A stretch of 64,000 nt of DNA from Acidimicrobiaceae bacterium. GTDB lineage: Bacteria > Actinomycetota > Acidimicrobiia > Acidimicrobiales > Aldehydirespiratoraceae. The translations under genes were made by a program, and so were the position numbers. The stretch lies in NCBI GenBank assembly GCA_026706815.1, contig JAPOYA010000029.1, positions 4,556 through 68,555 on the forward strand, read 5' to 3'. Every line of letters begins with the position of its first letter. Position 1 is the first letter of the stretch. The notes below the pieces were generated by a model. That model saw only the letters and a list, made by a program, of their open reading frames with translations, was not told where the DNA came from and did no database searches. Of the stretch, positions 10,125 to 22,845 are shown piece by piece.

Positions 10125-10940
10125 ATGGGGAAAGCTGGTGAGATGTCGGATGAGATGTCGGAACAAACGAGCGCTGCGACCTACCAGCGAGACGGCCGCA
10201 TAGCCACGATCACCTACAACCGGCCTGAGGCGCTCAACGCTGTCAACGGGGCCATGCGCCAAGCCCTCGACGCCGCTTGGACCGAGTTCCGCGAAGACGA
10301 CGAGGCCTGGGTGGCCATAGTCACCGGCGCCGGCAGGGCCTTCTGCGCCGGAGCGGACCTGCGCGATCCAGCGGGATCGACCGGGACCTGGCCGGGTTCG
10401 TTCTGGGAGTGGCCCACGATCACCACCTTCGAGAGCGGCATGGAGATCTGGAAACCGACGATCGCCGCGGTGAACGGACCGTGTATCGGCTATGGACTGA
10501 CGGCGGTCCTGGCCTGCGATTTCGTGCTTGCCAGCGACCGGGCCAGTTTCGCATACCCCGAGGTGAGGCTCGGCCAGGCGACGATCGTGGGGGCGCTGAG
10601 GCTGCCGGACCATGTGGCGATTCCCGATGCTCTGGAACTGCTGTTGACCGGTGATCCGATAGATGCTGAACGCGCCGGAGAGATCGGGCTCGCCTGGCGG
10701 GTTCATCCCCACGAGGAACTGTTGGATGCGGCACGCGGTCTTGGTGAGCGGCTCTGTCAGGGAGCGCCGCTGGCTGTGCGAGCCACCAACGAGATGGTCA
10801 GGCGCGGCCGCAGGATGGATTGGACCGATGCGGTGCGGATGGGCGAGACGATGCGCCGAGTGGTGGGGCAGTCCGAGGACTCCGCCGAGGGCGTCCGGGC
10901 CTGGGCCGAGGAACGCGACCCCCGATGGAAGGCCCGATAA
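10125..10940 (+). CDS. Enoyl-CoA hydratase/isomerase (crotonase) family protein
   Basis: 'ITYNRPEALNAVNGAM...VAIVTGAGRAFCAGADLRD' is the crotonase signature. The start is uncertain (10086 GTG, 10125 ATG or 10143 ATG). Confidence 0.85.
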   Translation: MGKAGEMSDEMSEQTSAATYQRDGRIATITYNRPEALNAVNGAMRQALDAAWTEFREDDEAWVAIVTGAGRAFCAGADLRDPAGSTGTWPGSFWEWPTITTFESGMEIWKPTIAAVNGPCIGYGLTAVLACDFVLASDRASFAYPEVRLGQATIVGALRLPDHVAIPDALELLLTGDPIDAERAGEIGLAWRVHPHEELLDAARGLGERLCQGAPLAVRATNEMVRRGRRMDWTDAVRMGETMRRVVGQSEDSAEGVRAWAEERDPRWKAR

Positions 10941-11008
10941 AAGGCCGCCCCGGACAGCGCCTAGCCTCAGCCAGCGCTCGTTCTCAGTCTCAGCTAGTAG
11001 TCGGTCCG

Positions 11009-11599
11009 CTAGGTCCCGCTGGCGCCGGAGCTGACAGCAGCAGTGATTCTCCGGACCAGGGGTTCGAAGTGTTCCAGAGGGAGCGTGTCGTAGTCGGGGT
11101 CGAAGGCCTGCTGGTCCCAGTCGTCGGTGAACTGTTCGCACAGCGCGAACCACGACTCGTCTTGGAATTGGTCGCGCAAGTCTCTGGGAGCACCGAAGTG
11201 GTGGTAGTAGTGGCGGCCCTGGAAGTCTTGGTGGTTGAGAATCGTCTGGTAGACCTCATCGCGGACGTAGGGCTTGATGATTTCTGCGGATATGGCGCCG
11301 TGGTTGGACACCGAGATCGCTTTGCCTATGTCGTGGCAGAGACTGGCGAACACCATCTCTTCATCTGCGCCCGCCCGCTCGGCCATTGTGGCGGTCTGGA
11401 GGCTGTGCGTGAGTTGATCGGTGAGGAAGCCGTCGCGGATGTCGGCTAGGGATTGGAGCAGCATCAGTATCCGGTCTGCGACGCGGGGCTGGTTGATCGC
11501 TGTGCAGCGGCCGATGTGCGCCCACTGTTCAGCGGTGGACTCGTCCATTCTCCGGAAGCTGTCGTCGGCTGTATTGGTTGTCGGCTCGGTCACAGTCAT
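11009..11599 (-). CDS. HD-domain protein (PhnZ/MIOX-like metal-dependent hydrolase/oxygenase fold)
   Basis: 'HSLQTATMAERAGADEEMVFASLCHDIGK' carries H...HD, with later His residues in 'NHQDFQGRHYYHHF'. Confidence 0.7.
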   Translation of the reverse strand: MTVTEPTTNTADDSFRRMDESTAEQWAHIGRCTAINQPRVADRILMLLQSLADIRDGFLTDQLTHSLQTATMAERAGADEEMVFASLCHDIGKAISVSNHGAISAEIIKPYVRDEVYQTILNHQDFQGRHYYHHFGAPRDLRDQFQDESWFALCEQFTDDWDQQAFDPDYDTLPLEHFEPLVRRITAAVSSGASGT

Positions 11600-11641
11600 G
11601 GTCCGATGTTAGCCGAGTCGGTCGACGATACAAAGCACAAA

Positions 11642-11662
11642 GTTAAGTGTATAACACTCAAG
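11642..11662 (+). promoter_or_regulatory. HAIR-like (HspR-associated inverted repeat) operator upstream of clpB
   Basis: GTTAAGT-GTATAAC-ACTCAAG against the consensus CTTGAGT-N7-ACTCAAG: the right half matches 7/7 and the left half 5/7. A -10-like TATACT lies at 11671-11676. Confidence 0.55.
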
Positions 11663-11728
11663 TTTTCTGCTATACTGTAGCTACTAGCTCCAACCATCAA
11701 CCAGAAAGTCAAACCCAGAAATCCGAAC

Positions 11729-14218
11729 ATGTCCCTAGACCCCAACCGCTGGACTCTCAAGACCACCGAGGCGCTCGCCGCCGCGACTGAGGCGGCCCGC
11801 GGCGCCTCTCATCCGGAAATCACCCCCCAACATCTGCTGATCGCGCTGCTCGGCCAGCAAGACGGCATCGTGCAACCGCTGCTGCACAAGGTCGGAATCG
11901 ATGCTCTCGCTGCGAGAAGCAAGGCCGAATCGGCATTGGAGCGGCTGCCCAACGCCTACGGATCTGAGCCGCAACCGGCAAAACCGCTGATAGCCGCGCT
12001 CAACGAAGCCGACCAGATTCGCGGTGAACTGCACGATGACTACCTGTCGACCGAACACGTGCTGCTGGCCCTGGCCGAACTCATCGAGGTCGATCGCGAA
12101 GCGCTGCTCACGGCGCTGAAAGAGGTTCGCGGCGCACATCGCGTGACCAGCCAGACTCCGGAGAATCAATATCAGGCGTTGGAGCGATTCGGCCACGACC
12201 TCACCGAATCCGCTCGTTGCGGCGAACTCGATCCTGTCATAGGGCGTGACGACGAGATCCGCCGGGTCATACGCGTGCTGTCGCGTCGCACCAAGAACAA
12301 TCCGGTGCTGATAGGCGAACCGGGAGTCGGCAAAACCGCCATCGTCGAGGGCCTGGCGGCCCGGATAGTCGAAGGAGACGTTCCGGATTCGCTGCAGCAC
12401 AAACGGTTGGTCAACCTCGACATCTCGTTGCTCGTGGCAGGTGCGAAATACCGCGGCGAGTTCGAGGAACGCCTGCAAGCGGTGCTCAAAGAGATCGAAG
12501 ACGCCGACGGCGAGATCATCACGTTCGTCGATGAGATGCACACGGTGGTCGGCGCCGGCGCCGGCGAGGGGGCGATGGACGCCGGCAACATGCTCAAGCC
12601 GATGCTCGCCCGTGGCCGGTTGAGAATGATCGGCGCCACCACACTCGACGAATACCGCAAACACGTGGAGAAAGACCCCGCGTTGGAGCGACGATTCCAG
12701 CAGGTCCTGGTAGCACCGCCATCGGTTGAGTCCACGATCGCCATCCTGCGCGGCCTCAAGGAGCGCTATGAGGTCCACCACGGAGTGCGCATCCAAGATT
12801 CGGCGCTGGTTGCAGCTGCGGTGTTGAGCGATCGGTACCTGACCGGCCGTTTCCTGCCCGACAAGGCAATTGACCTAGTCGATGAAGCGGGTAGCTCGCT
12901 GCGCATAGAGATCGATTCTGTGCCGACCGAAATCGATGTCGTCGAGCGGCGGATACGTCAATACGAGATCGAACGGCTGGCTTTGGCGAAGGAGACAGAC
13001 ACCGCTTCGGCAGAACGCCTCAGCGACCTCGACCGAGAACTGGCGGACCTGAGAGAGCGGCTCGCTGCGCTCACGGTCAGATGGCAAGCCGAGAAGGACG
13101 CGATAACTGCTCTGCGTGAAATCAACGAGCAACTGGAGCATCTGCGCGGCGAAGTCGAACGCGAGACCGATCTGGAACGCGCCGCTGAACTCCGCTACGG
13201 CCAGATCCCCGGCCTCGAGCGGCAATTTGAAACGGCCAAAGAAGAACTCGACAAGCTCCAGGCTGAAGACCCGATGTTGAAAGAAGAAGTGGACGACCAG
13301 GACGTTGCAGAAGTCGTCAGCCGCTGGACCGGCATACCCGTCTCGCGGTTGATGGAGGGCGAAGTCCAGAAGCTCGTGCGCCTAGAGGACCATCTGCGAC
13401 AGCGGGTCGTGGGCCAGGACGACGCGGTCTCGGTGGTAGCCAACGCCGTCCGCCGCTCCAGAGCGGGGCTCGGCGATCCCCGCCGTCCCATAGGCAGCTT
13501 TCTGTTTCTCGGGCCGACGGGCGTCGGCAAGACCGAACTGGCTCGCTCACTGGCAGAGTTCCTCTTCGACGATGAACGCGCCATGGTTCGCATCGACATG
13601 TCGGAATACATGGAGAAGCACAGCGTCAGCCGGCTGATCGGGGCGCCACCCGGCTACGTCGGTTATGACGAGGGCGGACAGCTGACCGAAACCGTGAGGC
13701 GGCGGCCCTATTCCGTCGTACTGCTCGACGAAGTCGAAAAAGCCCATGCGGACGTCTTCAACGTCCTGCTGGCGCTGCTCGACGACGGCCGGCTGACCGA
13801 CGGGCAGGGCCGCACAGTCGACTTCTCCAACGTGGTCCTGATCATGACCTCCAACCTCGCGGGCGAGCCGAGAGACTTCTTCCGGCCCGAGTTCGTCAAC
13901 CGGATCGACGACATCGTCCGCTTCGGGTCGCTGACCCAAGACGACCTGACCAGGATATTCGACCTCCAGTTCGCGGATCTCGCCGCCCGCCTCGCCAGTC
14001 GCCGCATCGCGCTCGAAGTGACGGCCGAAGCCCGTATGCACATGGCGAGAATGGGTTACGACCCAGCCTTCGGCGCACGCCCATTGAGACGCCTGATCCA
14101 GCGGAGCATCGGCGATCCGCTGGCCATCGCCATCCTCGAAGGACAGTACCTCGAAGGCGACACGGTGAAGGTCGACGTCGAAGGACCCACCGACAATCCA
14201 CAGATCTCCCTTCGCTGA
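11729..14218 (+). CDS. clpB: ATP-dependent chaperone ClpB
   Basis: Clp N-domain, two AAA+ modules ('[15 protein letters not shown]', '[15 protein letters not shown]'), and a long coiled-coil middle domain between them. 829 aa. Confidence 0.95.
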   Translation: MSLDPNRWTLKTTEALAAATEAARGASHPEITPQHLLIALLGQQDGIVQPLLHKVGIDALAARSKAESALERLPNAYGSEPQPAKPLIAALNEADQIRGELHDDYLSTEHVLLALAELIEVDREALLTALKEVRGAHRVTSQTPENQYQALERFGHDLTESARCGELDPVIGRDDEIRRVIRVLSRRTKNNPVLIGEPGVGKTAIVEGLAARIVEGDVPDSLQHKRLVNLDISLLVAGAKYRGEFEERLQAVLKEIEDADGEIITFVDEMHTVVGAGAGEGAMDAGNMLKPMLARGRLRMIGATTLDEYRKHVEKDPALERRFQQVLVAPPSVESTIAILRGLKERYEVHHGVRIQDSALVAAAVLSDRYLTGRFLPDKAIDLVDEAGSSLRIEIDSVPTEIDVVERRIRQYEIERLALAKETDTASAERLSDLDRELADLRERLAALTVRWQAEKDAITALREINEQLEHLRGEVERETDLERAAELRYGQIPGLERQFETAKEELDKLQAEDPMLKEEVDDQDVAEVVSRWTGIPVSRLMEGEVQKLVRLEDHLRQRVVGQDDAVSVVANAVRRSRAGLGDPRRPIGSFLFLGPTGVGKTELARSLAEFLFDDERAMVRIDMSEYMEKHSVSRLIGAPPGYVGYDEGGQLTETVRRRPYSVVLLDEVEKAHADVFNVLLALLDDGRLTDGQGRTVDFSNVVLIMTSNLAGEPRDFFRPEFVNRIDDIVRFGSLTQDDLTRIFDLQFADLAARLASRRIALEVTAEARMHMARMGYDPAFGARPLRRLIQRSIGDPLAIAILEGQYLEGDTVKVDVEGPTDNPQISLR

Positions 14219-17010
<2,792 letters not shown>

Positions 17011-17046
17011 CAGAGCGATTTGCTCCACGATCTTGATGCAGAACCT

Positions 17047-17448
17047 CTATGCGGAACGAGAGACCCCGGCACGCTTGAGGATTGCGGCGGGAACCCCGAC
17101 TGCCCGCCAAGCCGCGTAGCTGATTCCGTTGCTTTCGCTGTAGGCGCGCGCAACATCCACGAACTCGTCCTCAAGGGCTGAAATGTCCCCTGTTGTCTCC
17201 GCCGACTCAATCTTGGCGGCAAGATCCATTTTCTCCTGCGTGAGGCGCAGGCGTTGCATCGGTGTCGCAGCGCCCATTTCGTTGTCGATTTCAGTTATTC
17301 GTGCCTGCATGGTTTCTGGTGTCCGCCTGCGTCCCCGCTTCGGGCGATGCGACTCCAACGCTTCGAGGTAGTTGCGGACAGCCCGACCGCGGGCCCTGCC
17401 CACTGAAAGTGCTTCTCGATGTTCTGCTGACATGGTTCTTTTGGACAT
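17047..17448 (-). CDS. Conserved hypothetical, basic N-terminus (possible nucleic-acid-binding protein)
   Basis: The ATG at 17448 has GGAGGA 6 nt upstream. 133 aa, 'MSKRTMSAEHREALSVGRARGRAVRNYLEAL...KRGRRRTPE'. I cannot name a family. Confidence 0.5.
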   Translation of the reverse strand: MSKRTMSAEHREALSVGRARGRAVRNYLEALESHRPKRGRRRTPETMQARITEIDNEMGAATPMQRLRLTQEKMDLAAKIESAETTGDISALEDEFVDVARAYSESNGISYAAWRAVGVPAAILKRAGVSRSA

Positions 17449-17524
17449 TTTGTTCCTCCGATTTCTGATCTTATCGAGTTGGATTCTGCGAATAAACTCT
17501 ATCTGGATGTTCTGATATTCCTCA

Positions 17525-19054
17525 ATGACACTGGTGTCGGCAGTTCTGGCGCGATGCCCGATTGAGTCATCGGCCGTGTCGCTGAATAACGTTCTCAACG
17601 TGCAGAACGCTCCAACCGCCGCCTACTCCATCACCCTCAAGATCTCCCTTGACAACTTGCCGGGCACGCTCGGTCGCTTCGCGGCTGCGGTCGGTGACGT
17701 TGGCGGCAACATCGCCGGCATTCCCGGTTTTGAAGCGAAGGGCCCCACGGTGGTGCGCGACATCGACGTTCATTGCCGGTCCGAAGCGCACGCCGTCCAG
17801 ATTGCAGAAGCGGTCGACGCGCTCGAAGGGGTGATGGTGCTCGACTGGTGGGACCGCACCTATGCCCTCCACGAAGGGGGCAAGATCGAGGTTCTGCCAC
17901 TCTGTTCGGTGGGTGACGCAGACGACCTGTCGATGGCGTACACGCCCGGTGTGGCGCGAGTCTGCCTGAGTATTCGCGACGATGAATCGCTGGCGCACCG
18001 CTACACCATCAAGAAGAACACGGTGGCGATCGTCAGCGACGGCAGTGCGGTGCTCGGACTAGGCAACATCGGCGCGCACGCGGCAATGCCGGTGATGGAA
18101 GGAAAAGCCCTGCTGTTCAAGGAATTCGGTGGTATCGACGGCTTCCCGATCTGTTTGGACACCCAGGACACAGAAGAGATCATCGAGACGGTCGCCCATA
18201 TCGCGCCGGCGTTCGGGGGGATCAACCTCGAAGACATCGCTGCGCCGGCCTGTTTCGAAATCGAGGAGCGTCTGAAAGCAGCCCTCCCGATACCGGTCTT
18301 CCACGATGATCAGCACGGCACCGCGATCGTCGCGCTGGCCGCCCTCAGCAACGCGTTGAAGCTGGTCGACAAGAATATTGCCGACATTTCGGTGGTCATC
18401 TCCGGAATGGGTGCCGCGGGAGTGGCCGTCGGCAGGATTCTGCTCGACGCCGGAGTCGGTGAGGTCGTAGGCGTTGACCGGATCGGAGCCGTGTATGAGG
18501 GGCGCGACCAGCAGAATGAAGTCAAGGAACGGTTTGCGGCAATCACCAACCCCGACCGCAAGGCGGGGACGCTGTCAGATGTGTTGGTGGGCGCTGATGT
18601 GTTCGTAGGGGTGTCGGCACCAGACCTCATTGACGCCGCGAACCTTCGAAGGATGGCCAGAGACCCGATCGTGTTCGCTATGGCGAACCCGGATCCCGAG
18701 ATCCGTCCCGAGATCGCCGACGGCCTGGCCGCCGTGATGGCCACAGGAAGATCCGACTTCCCCAACCAGATCAACAACGTGCTGGCGTTCCCCGGAATTT
18801 TCAGGGGGACCCTCGACGTCGGCGCACACAGCGTGACCGAGCACATGAAGGTGAGCGCGGCTGCGGCCATCGCTGCTTGTGTGCCCAAATCGGAACTGCG
18901 GCCCGATTTTGTGGTGCCGTCCGTTTTCGATCGTTCAGTTGCGCCGATGGTGGCGAGAGCTGTTGCTGCTGCAGCCGAGCGGGACGGCGTTGTTCGCAGT
19001 CAAAACGGCGTGGGCGGACCCGATGCCCATGGATCGAGTCCCAACGGGGGCTGA
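17525..19054 (+). CDS. NAD(P)-dependent malic enzyme with an N-terminal ACT-like domain
   Basis: 'DLSMAYTPGVARVC', 'VAIVSDGSAVLGLGNIGAHAAMPVMEGKALLFKEFGGID', 'FHDDQHGTAIV' and 'ISGMGAAGVAV' are malic-enzyme motifs. The start is uncertain. Confidence 0.85.
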   Translation: MTLVSAVLARCPIESSAVSLNNVLNVQNAPTAAYSITLKISLDNLPGTLGRFAAAVGDVGGNIAGIPGFEAKGPTVVRDIDVHCRSEAHAVQIAEAVDALEGVMVLDWWDRTYALHEGGKIEVLPLCSVGDADDLSMAYTPGVARVCLSIRDDESLAHRYTIKKNTVAIVSDGSAVLGLGNIGAHAAMPVMEGKALLFKEFGGIDGFPICLDTQDTEEIIETVAHIAPAFGGINLEDIAAPACFEIEERLKAALPIPVFHDDQHGTAIVALAALSNALKLVDKNIADISVVISGMGAAGVAVGRILLDAGVGEVVGVDRIGAVYEGRDQQNEVKERFAAITNPDRKAGTLSDVLVGADVFVGVSAPDLIDAANLRRMARDPIVFAMANPDPEIRPEIADGLAAVMATGRSDFPNQINNVLAFPGIFRGTLDVGAHSVTEHMKVSAAAAIAACVPKSELRPDFVVPSVFDRSVAPMVARAVAAAAERDGVVRSQNGVGGPDAHGSSPNGG

Positions 19055-19058
19055 TCTG

Positions 19059-21182
19059 ATGTTCGAACACCTGTTGTCGCCGATCTCCATCGGGCCTATG
19101 GAGTTGAGGAACCGGATGGTCATGGCCCCGATGGGAGTCGAGATCGTCGGCGACGACGGATTCGCAAACGATGCGATCATCGCCTATTACGAAGAACGAG
19201 CCCGCGGTGGAGCAGGACTGATCATCACCGAAGTGTGCGCCATGGCGTACCCCCGGGGAGCCAACTCGGTGCACCAACTGGGCCTGTCAGACGACCGCTA
19301 TATCCCTGCGCTGCAGAAGCTCACCGAACGGGTGCACAGCCACGGCGCCAAAATCGCCGTGCAACTCGTGCATCACGGCAAGGTCTCCCGTGTCGACGTC
19401 AAGCAGGGACGACCGGTGCTGGTCCCGTCGATTCCTCAATGGCACGGGTCCCTCGACATGATCAACGATCTGACTCCCGAGGAGTTGGGGCTGATGGCGG
19501 CGGCGAACGGCGGGGGGAAGCCCGACTACCGGGAGATGACCGAGGGCGACATTGCCGAGGTGACCGCCGATTTTGCCGCCGCTGCGGCACGGGCGCAGGA
19601 AGCCGGATTCGACGGTGTCGAGATCCACGGCGCCCACGGCTATCTGATTTCCGGATTCCTCTCCGCGCAGTGGAACCGCCGAGAAGACGACTACGGCGGG
19701 GACATTCGCAACCGGTCTCGGCTGCTGTGCGATGTGATCGCCGCCGCGCAAGCTGCGACCGACGACGATTTCGCGGTCTGGTGCCGCCTTGACGCCCTCG
19801 AGTACCGCACCCCCGCCGGCATCGTCTTCTCGGACACCGAGACAACCGCCCAGCTCGCCCAGGAGGCCGGTTCGGATGCGATTCACCTCAGCGCCTACGG
19901 CGACCAGACCTCAGGCCCGGCGTTCACCGAGGGGACCCTGCCCCATCGTGAAGCAACCCACGCGGCGCTGTCGGGCCAGTTGAAGAGCAAACTCGACGTG
20001 CCGGTCATCGCGGTCGGCCGAATTCGTCCGGAAACCGGCGACGAGATGATCGCCCACGGCAAAGCGGACCTGATCGCGATGGGCCGCCAGATGCTGGCCG
20101 ATCCCGAGACCGCGTTGAAAGTCGCCGAGCGCCGCCCGGCCGACATCCGCCCGTGCATCAACTGCTACACCTGCGTGGCCCAGCCCTTCTTCGACAGACG
20201 GGTTCGCTGCACGGTCAACCCTGTGCTGGCCCATGAGGTCGAGTTGCGCGGCATAGAGCGCACCGCTGCCTCCGAACCGAAGTCGGTGGTGATTGTCGGC
20301 GGTGGACCAGCCGGTATGGAGGCGGCTCGGGTCGCTGCCACACGAGGGCACAGGGTCACGATCTTCGAGGCCGGCCCTCAACTGGGCGGTGCGCTGAGAT
20401 TCGGAGCGCTGGTGTATGAGCCGAACCTTCAGCTCTTGAAATGGCTGACGAGGCAGATGGAAACGCTCAAGGTCGATGTGCGGTTGAGCACACCGGCGAC
20501 CGTCGATACGGTCCGAGCGCTGCGCCCCGACCATGTGATCGTGGCGACCGGAGCTTCACGGGTGCGGCCGGAAATCCCCGGTATCGAATTGAACCATGTG
20601 CTCGATGGTGACAACCTGCGGGCCATGCTGACCGATCCGTCAGCCGACGCTTCACGGAAGCTCTCCTTCACCGGGCGAGTCGCGGTTGCAGCCGGAAAGC
20701 GACTGGGGTTGACCGACGATCCGGAACGCCTGGCTTCGCTGACCCGCCACTACATGCCTATCGGCAAGCGGGTCGCGATTCTGGGAGGCGGTCTTGTCGG
20801 CATCGAGCTCGCCGAGTTCCTGGTGGATCGCGGCCGGACAGTGACTGTGCTTGAACAAGGAGCGACTCTGGCCACTGAGATGGCCCACCCGCGGCGTTGG
20901 CGTGTGCTGACCGACCTTCGTGAGCACGGCGCCGAGTTGTCGACCGAAGCCGAGGTGCTGGAGGTGACCGCCACACAGGTGCGCTACCGCCGCAACGAGG
21001 CCGACCATGCTGTCGACGCCGACTGTGTGGTGATCGCCTCTGGGCTGACCGGCGACGACTCGGTCTGCGAGCAGATGCGGGCGGCCGGACTGGCCCCTGT
21101 GGCGATCGGAGATTGCACGGGAGTCGGCTATCTCGAAGGAGCCATGGCCGAAGGCTTCCACGCAGGCCACGCCGTCGGCTAG
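19059..21182 (+). CDS. 2,4-dienoyl-CoA reductase-like NADH:flavin oxidoreductase (OYE domain + FAD/NAD(P) domain)
   Basis: 'LRNRMVMAPMG...YYEERARGGAGLIITE' is the OYE N-domain, 'IRPCINCYTCV' a Fe-S Cys cluster, and 'VVIVGGGPAGMEAA' plus 'VAILGGGLVGIELA' two Rossmann motifs. The ATG at 19059 follows a GGGGG run. Confidence 0.85.
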   Translation: MFEHLLSPISIGPMELRNRMVMAPMGVEIVGDDGFANDAIIAYYEERARGGAGLIITEVCAMAYPRGANSVHQLGLSDDRYIPALQKLTERVHSHGAKIAVQLVHHGKVSRVDVKQGRPVLVPSIPQWHGSLDMINDLTPEELGLMAAANGGGKPDYREMTEGDIAEVTADFAAAAARAQEAGFDGVEIHGAHGYLISGFLSAQWNRREDDYGGDIRNRSRLLCDVIAAAQAATDDDFAVWCRLDALEYRTPAGIVFSDTETTAQLAQEAGSDAIHLSAYGDQTSGPAFTEGTLPHREATHAALSGQLKSKLDVPVIAVGRIRPETGDEMIAHGKADLIAMGRQMLADPETALKVAERRPADIRPCINCYTCVAQPFFDRRVRCTVNPVLAHEVELRGIERTAASEPKSVVIVGGGPAGMEAARVAATRGHRVTIFEAGPQLGGALRFGALVYEPNLQLLKWLTRQMETLKVDVRLSTPATVDTVRALRPDHVIVATGASRVRPEIPGIELNHVLDGDNLRAMLTDPSADASRKLSFTGRVAVAAGKRLGLTDDPERLASLTRHYMPIGKRVAILGGGLVGIELAEFLVDRGRTVTVLEQGATLATEMAHPRRWRVLTDLREHGAELSTEAEVLEVTATQVRYRRNEADHAVDADCVVIASGLTGDDSVCEQMRAAGLAPVAIGDCTGVGYLEGAMAEGFHAGHAVG

Positions 21183-21241
21183 TCCGCCATCCGGCCACGC
21201 CGTCGGCTGAGCCACTCAGTTGAGCAACAGAGGGAACCTGA

Positions 21242-21268
21242 GCGGCCCGGCAGGGCGTGCCGGGCCGC
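21242..21268. terminator. Stem-loop GCGGCCCGGC-N7-GCCGGGCCGC just past the tRNA-Phe 3' end
   Basis: Perfect 10-bp stem (21242-21251 / 21259-21268), 3 nt beyond the tRNA-Phe CCA end and also downstream of the fadH-like gene. Confidence 0.55.
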
Positions 21269-21271
21269 TAA

Positions 21272-21347
21272 TGGTGGTCGGGACCGGCGTCGATCCGGTG
21301 ACCTACCGCTTTTCAGGCGGCCGCTCTGCCAACTGAGCTACCCGACC
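21272..21347 (-). tRNA. tRNA-Phe (GAA), CCA encoded
   Basis: The reverse complement is GGTCGGGTAGCTCAGTTGGCAGAGCGGCCGCCTGAAAAGCGGTAGGTCACCGGATCGACGCCGGTCCCGACCACCA. The anticodon loop is CTGAAAA. The T-loop reads ATCGACG, which is unusual (A at position 54). Confidence 0.9.
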
Positions 21348-21371
21348 CCACAGCATCCTCGAGAGAATGCG

Positions 21372-21449
21372 TGGCGGTCCTGACGGGATTTGAACCCGCG
21401 GCCTCCACCTTGACAGGGTGGCGATCACTCCAAACTGATCTACAGGACC
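21372..21449 (-). tRNA. tRNA-Asp (GTC), CCA encoded
   Basis: The reverse complement is GGTCCTGTAGATCAGTTTGGAGTGATCGCCACCCTGTCAAGGTGGAGGCCGCGGGTTCAAATCCCGTCAGGACCGCCA. The anticodon loop is CTGTCAA. Confidence 0.9.
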
Positions 21450-21630
21450 CCTCACGGACAAGCCGTGCGAACCTGAAACGGTATGCCACCCCGCCTGTAT
21501 TCGCAACCTGTTTCAAGCCGAGCCGGCGCCGACCTCCCAGCAGCGCCCACAGGGGAATTGGCTGGGCAGTGGCCGGTTCGAGCCTGTAATTCCTTTGCCC
21601 TTGGGCGGGGGGTGCGGCCATGATCGTGGG

Positions 21631-22491
21631 ATGCGTTCTGTTGCGGAGTTGGTCGCGTCGGTGGACGCTGCATTTGTCGAGACGGGCCGCGGCCTGACTG
21701 GGTGGGAGGACCCGCATCCCGATCGCAGGCCTTCGGATGAGGAGTATTCCCGCGTGACGAACCCGCAGAAATGGCGGATCCTGCGCGCTCGGGCTGAGGC
21801 TTGGCTGAACGCGTTGGCTGCAACCGGCCTGGCCCAAGTAGAAGCAGACGTCGACCTAGAGTGGGAGGAACCGCCGAGGATCGATGTCGTCAGTGTTCAG
21901 CGGGCTTTGCCGCGGGTCGCTGGCACCATCCCGCTCGTCTTCGGCTGGACCCGCTCCGAAATCGACGGAGGCATTGTGATTGGCGTCGGTGACCCGACAG
22001 TAGTCGTGGAGGTGATCCCTGATTGCGGGTGTGATGCTTGCGACTCCGGGTCCCAGGACGTCCTCGACCTGCTGGACGAATACGTGCTCGGTGTGGTTGC
22101 CGGCGAATACCGCAGGCTCAGGCGAGGCAAGCGGGAGATCACGGTCTACACACAGGACCGCCAAGGCTGGGGAGGTTTCGACGGGCTATGGGGAAAGTTC
22201 TGGAGACTGGTACCAGGCTGGCTAATAGGAGCCTCACCCTCTACCACGACAGACTCTTTGTACTTCACCACGACCGACGACCTCGTACCCGAAGGGCGCT
22301 TCAGCAGGTCTGGGCGCCGGGCCAGATTCATCAAGGGCAAGCTCAGACGGCTGTTTCGCCTTCCCAGAGCAATCGCCCGCAATTCTGCCAGCCGCCGCCG
22401 TTGCAAACAGGTGGAGAAGGCTCTGGCGCGCCCGAAAGGCTGGCACGAGGTGTCTGGATCGTCCTGGCTCGACGGCGAAAACGGACAATAG
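21631..22491 (+). CDS. DUF6226-like protein
   Basis: 'VIPDCGCDACDSGSQDVLDLLDEYV' is the motif I associate with actinobacterial DUF6226 proteins. I chose the start at MRSVAELV (21631). Confidence 0.65.
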   Translation: MRSVAELVASVDAAFVETGRGLTGWEDPHPDRRPSDEEYSRVTNPQKWRILRARAEAWLNALAATGLAQVEADVDLEWEEPPRIDVVSVQRALPRVAGTIPLVFGWTRSEIDGGIVIGVGDPTVVVEVIPDCGCDACDSGSQDVLDLLDEYVLGVVAGEYRRLRRGKREITVYTQDRQGWGGFDGLWGKFWRLVPGWLIGASPSTTTDSLYFTTTDDLVPEGRFSRSGRRARFIKGKLRRLFRLPRAIARNSASRRRCKQVEKALARPKGWHEVSGSSWLDGENGQ

Positions 22492-22581
22492 GGAGGTGCT
22501 GCGTCTCATCGATTTCGCGGCGGCGGCGAGTGCATGCGAGACTGCTTGAACAAATCTCATGGGAGCCTGGGAGGTGTGTCG

Positions 22582-22803
22582 ATGGCTGATGTTCCAGACG
22601 ACGACTGCCGGTCGTCTGTGCCGTCAAACGCCGAGTCCTTGGAGTCGGTGCTCGCACAGAACGCCGCAAGCCGAGTTCCGCCTACTCGAGTTGAGCTTCG
22701 GGAACGGGCGCTTGAGACGCGCAACAGCTACCAGATTGGAGCGTTGCCAGGCGAGGACGTTAGCACGCATGGATCCAAGCTCTTCCCCGGTCTCGCCGGT
22801 TGA
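22582..22803 (+). CDS. Possible small hypothetical protein (73 aa)
   Basis: The ATG at 22582 is preceded by GGGAGG. There is no recognisable motif, and it could be non-coding. Confidence 0.25.
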   Translation: MADVPDDDCRSSVPSNAESLESVLAQNAASRVPPTRVELRERALETRNSYQIGALPGEDVSTHGSKLFPGLAG

Positions 22804-22845
22804 CCTGGCCAATCCAGGCGTCGTAGTCGAGGTGGTTCTCCAACG

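Noticed and set aside
10062-11153. N-terminal 364-aa extension of the acs ORF (ORF track 8070-11153, 1027 aa)
   Set aside because: The extension is Arg/Pro/Gly-rich and has no acs homology. It lies antisense to the well-supported crotonase gene (10125-10940). Acs homology starts at MAQGSIEVY (10061). This is a typical high-GC shadow frame.
11735-12796. 353-aa minus-strand ORF
   Set aside because: It is antisense to clpB. This is a shadow ORF.
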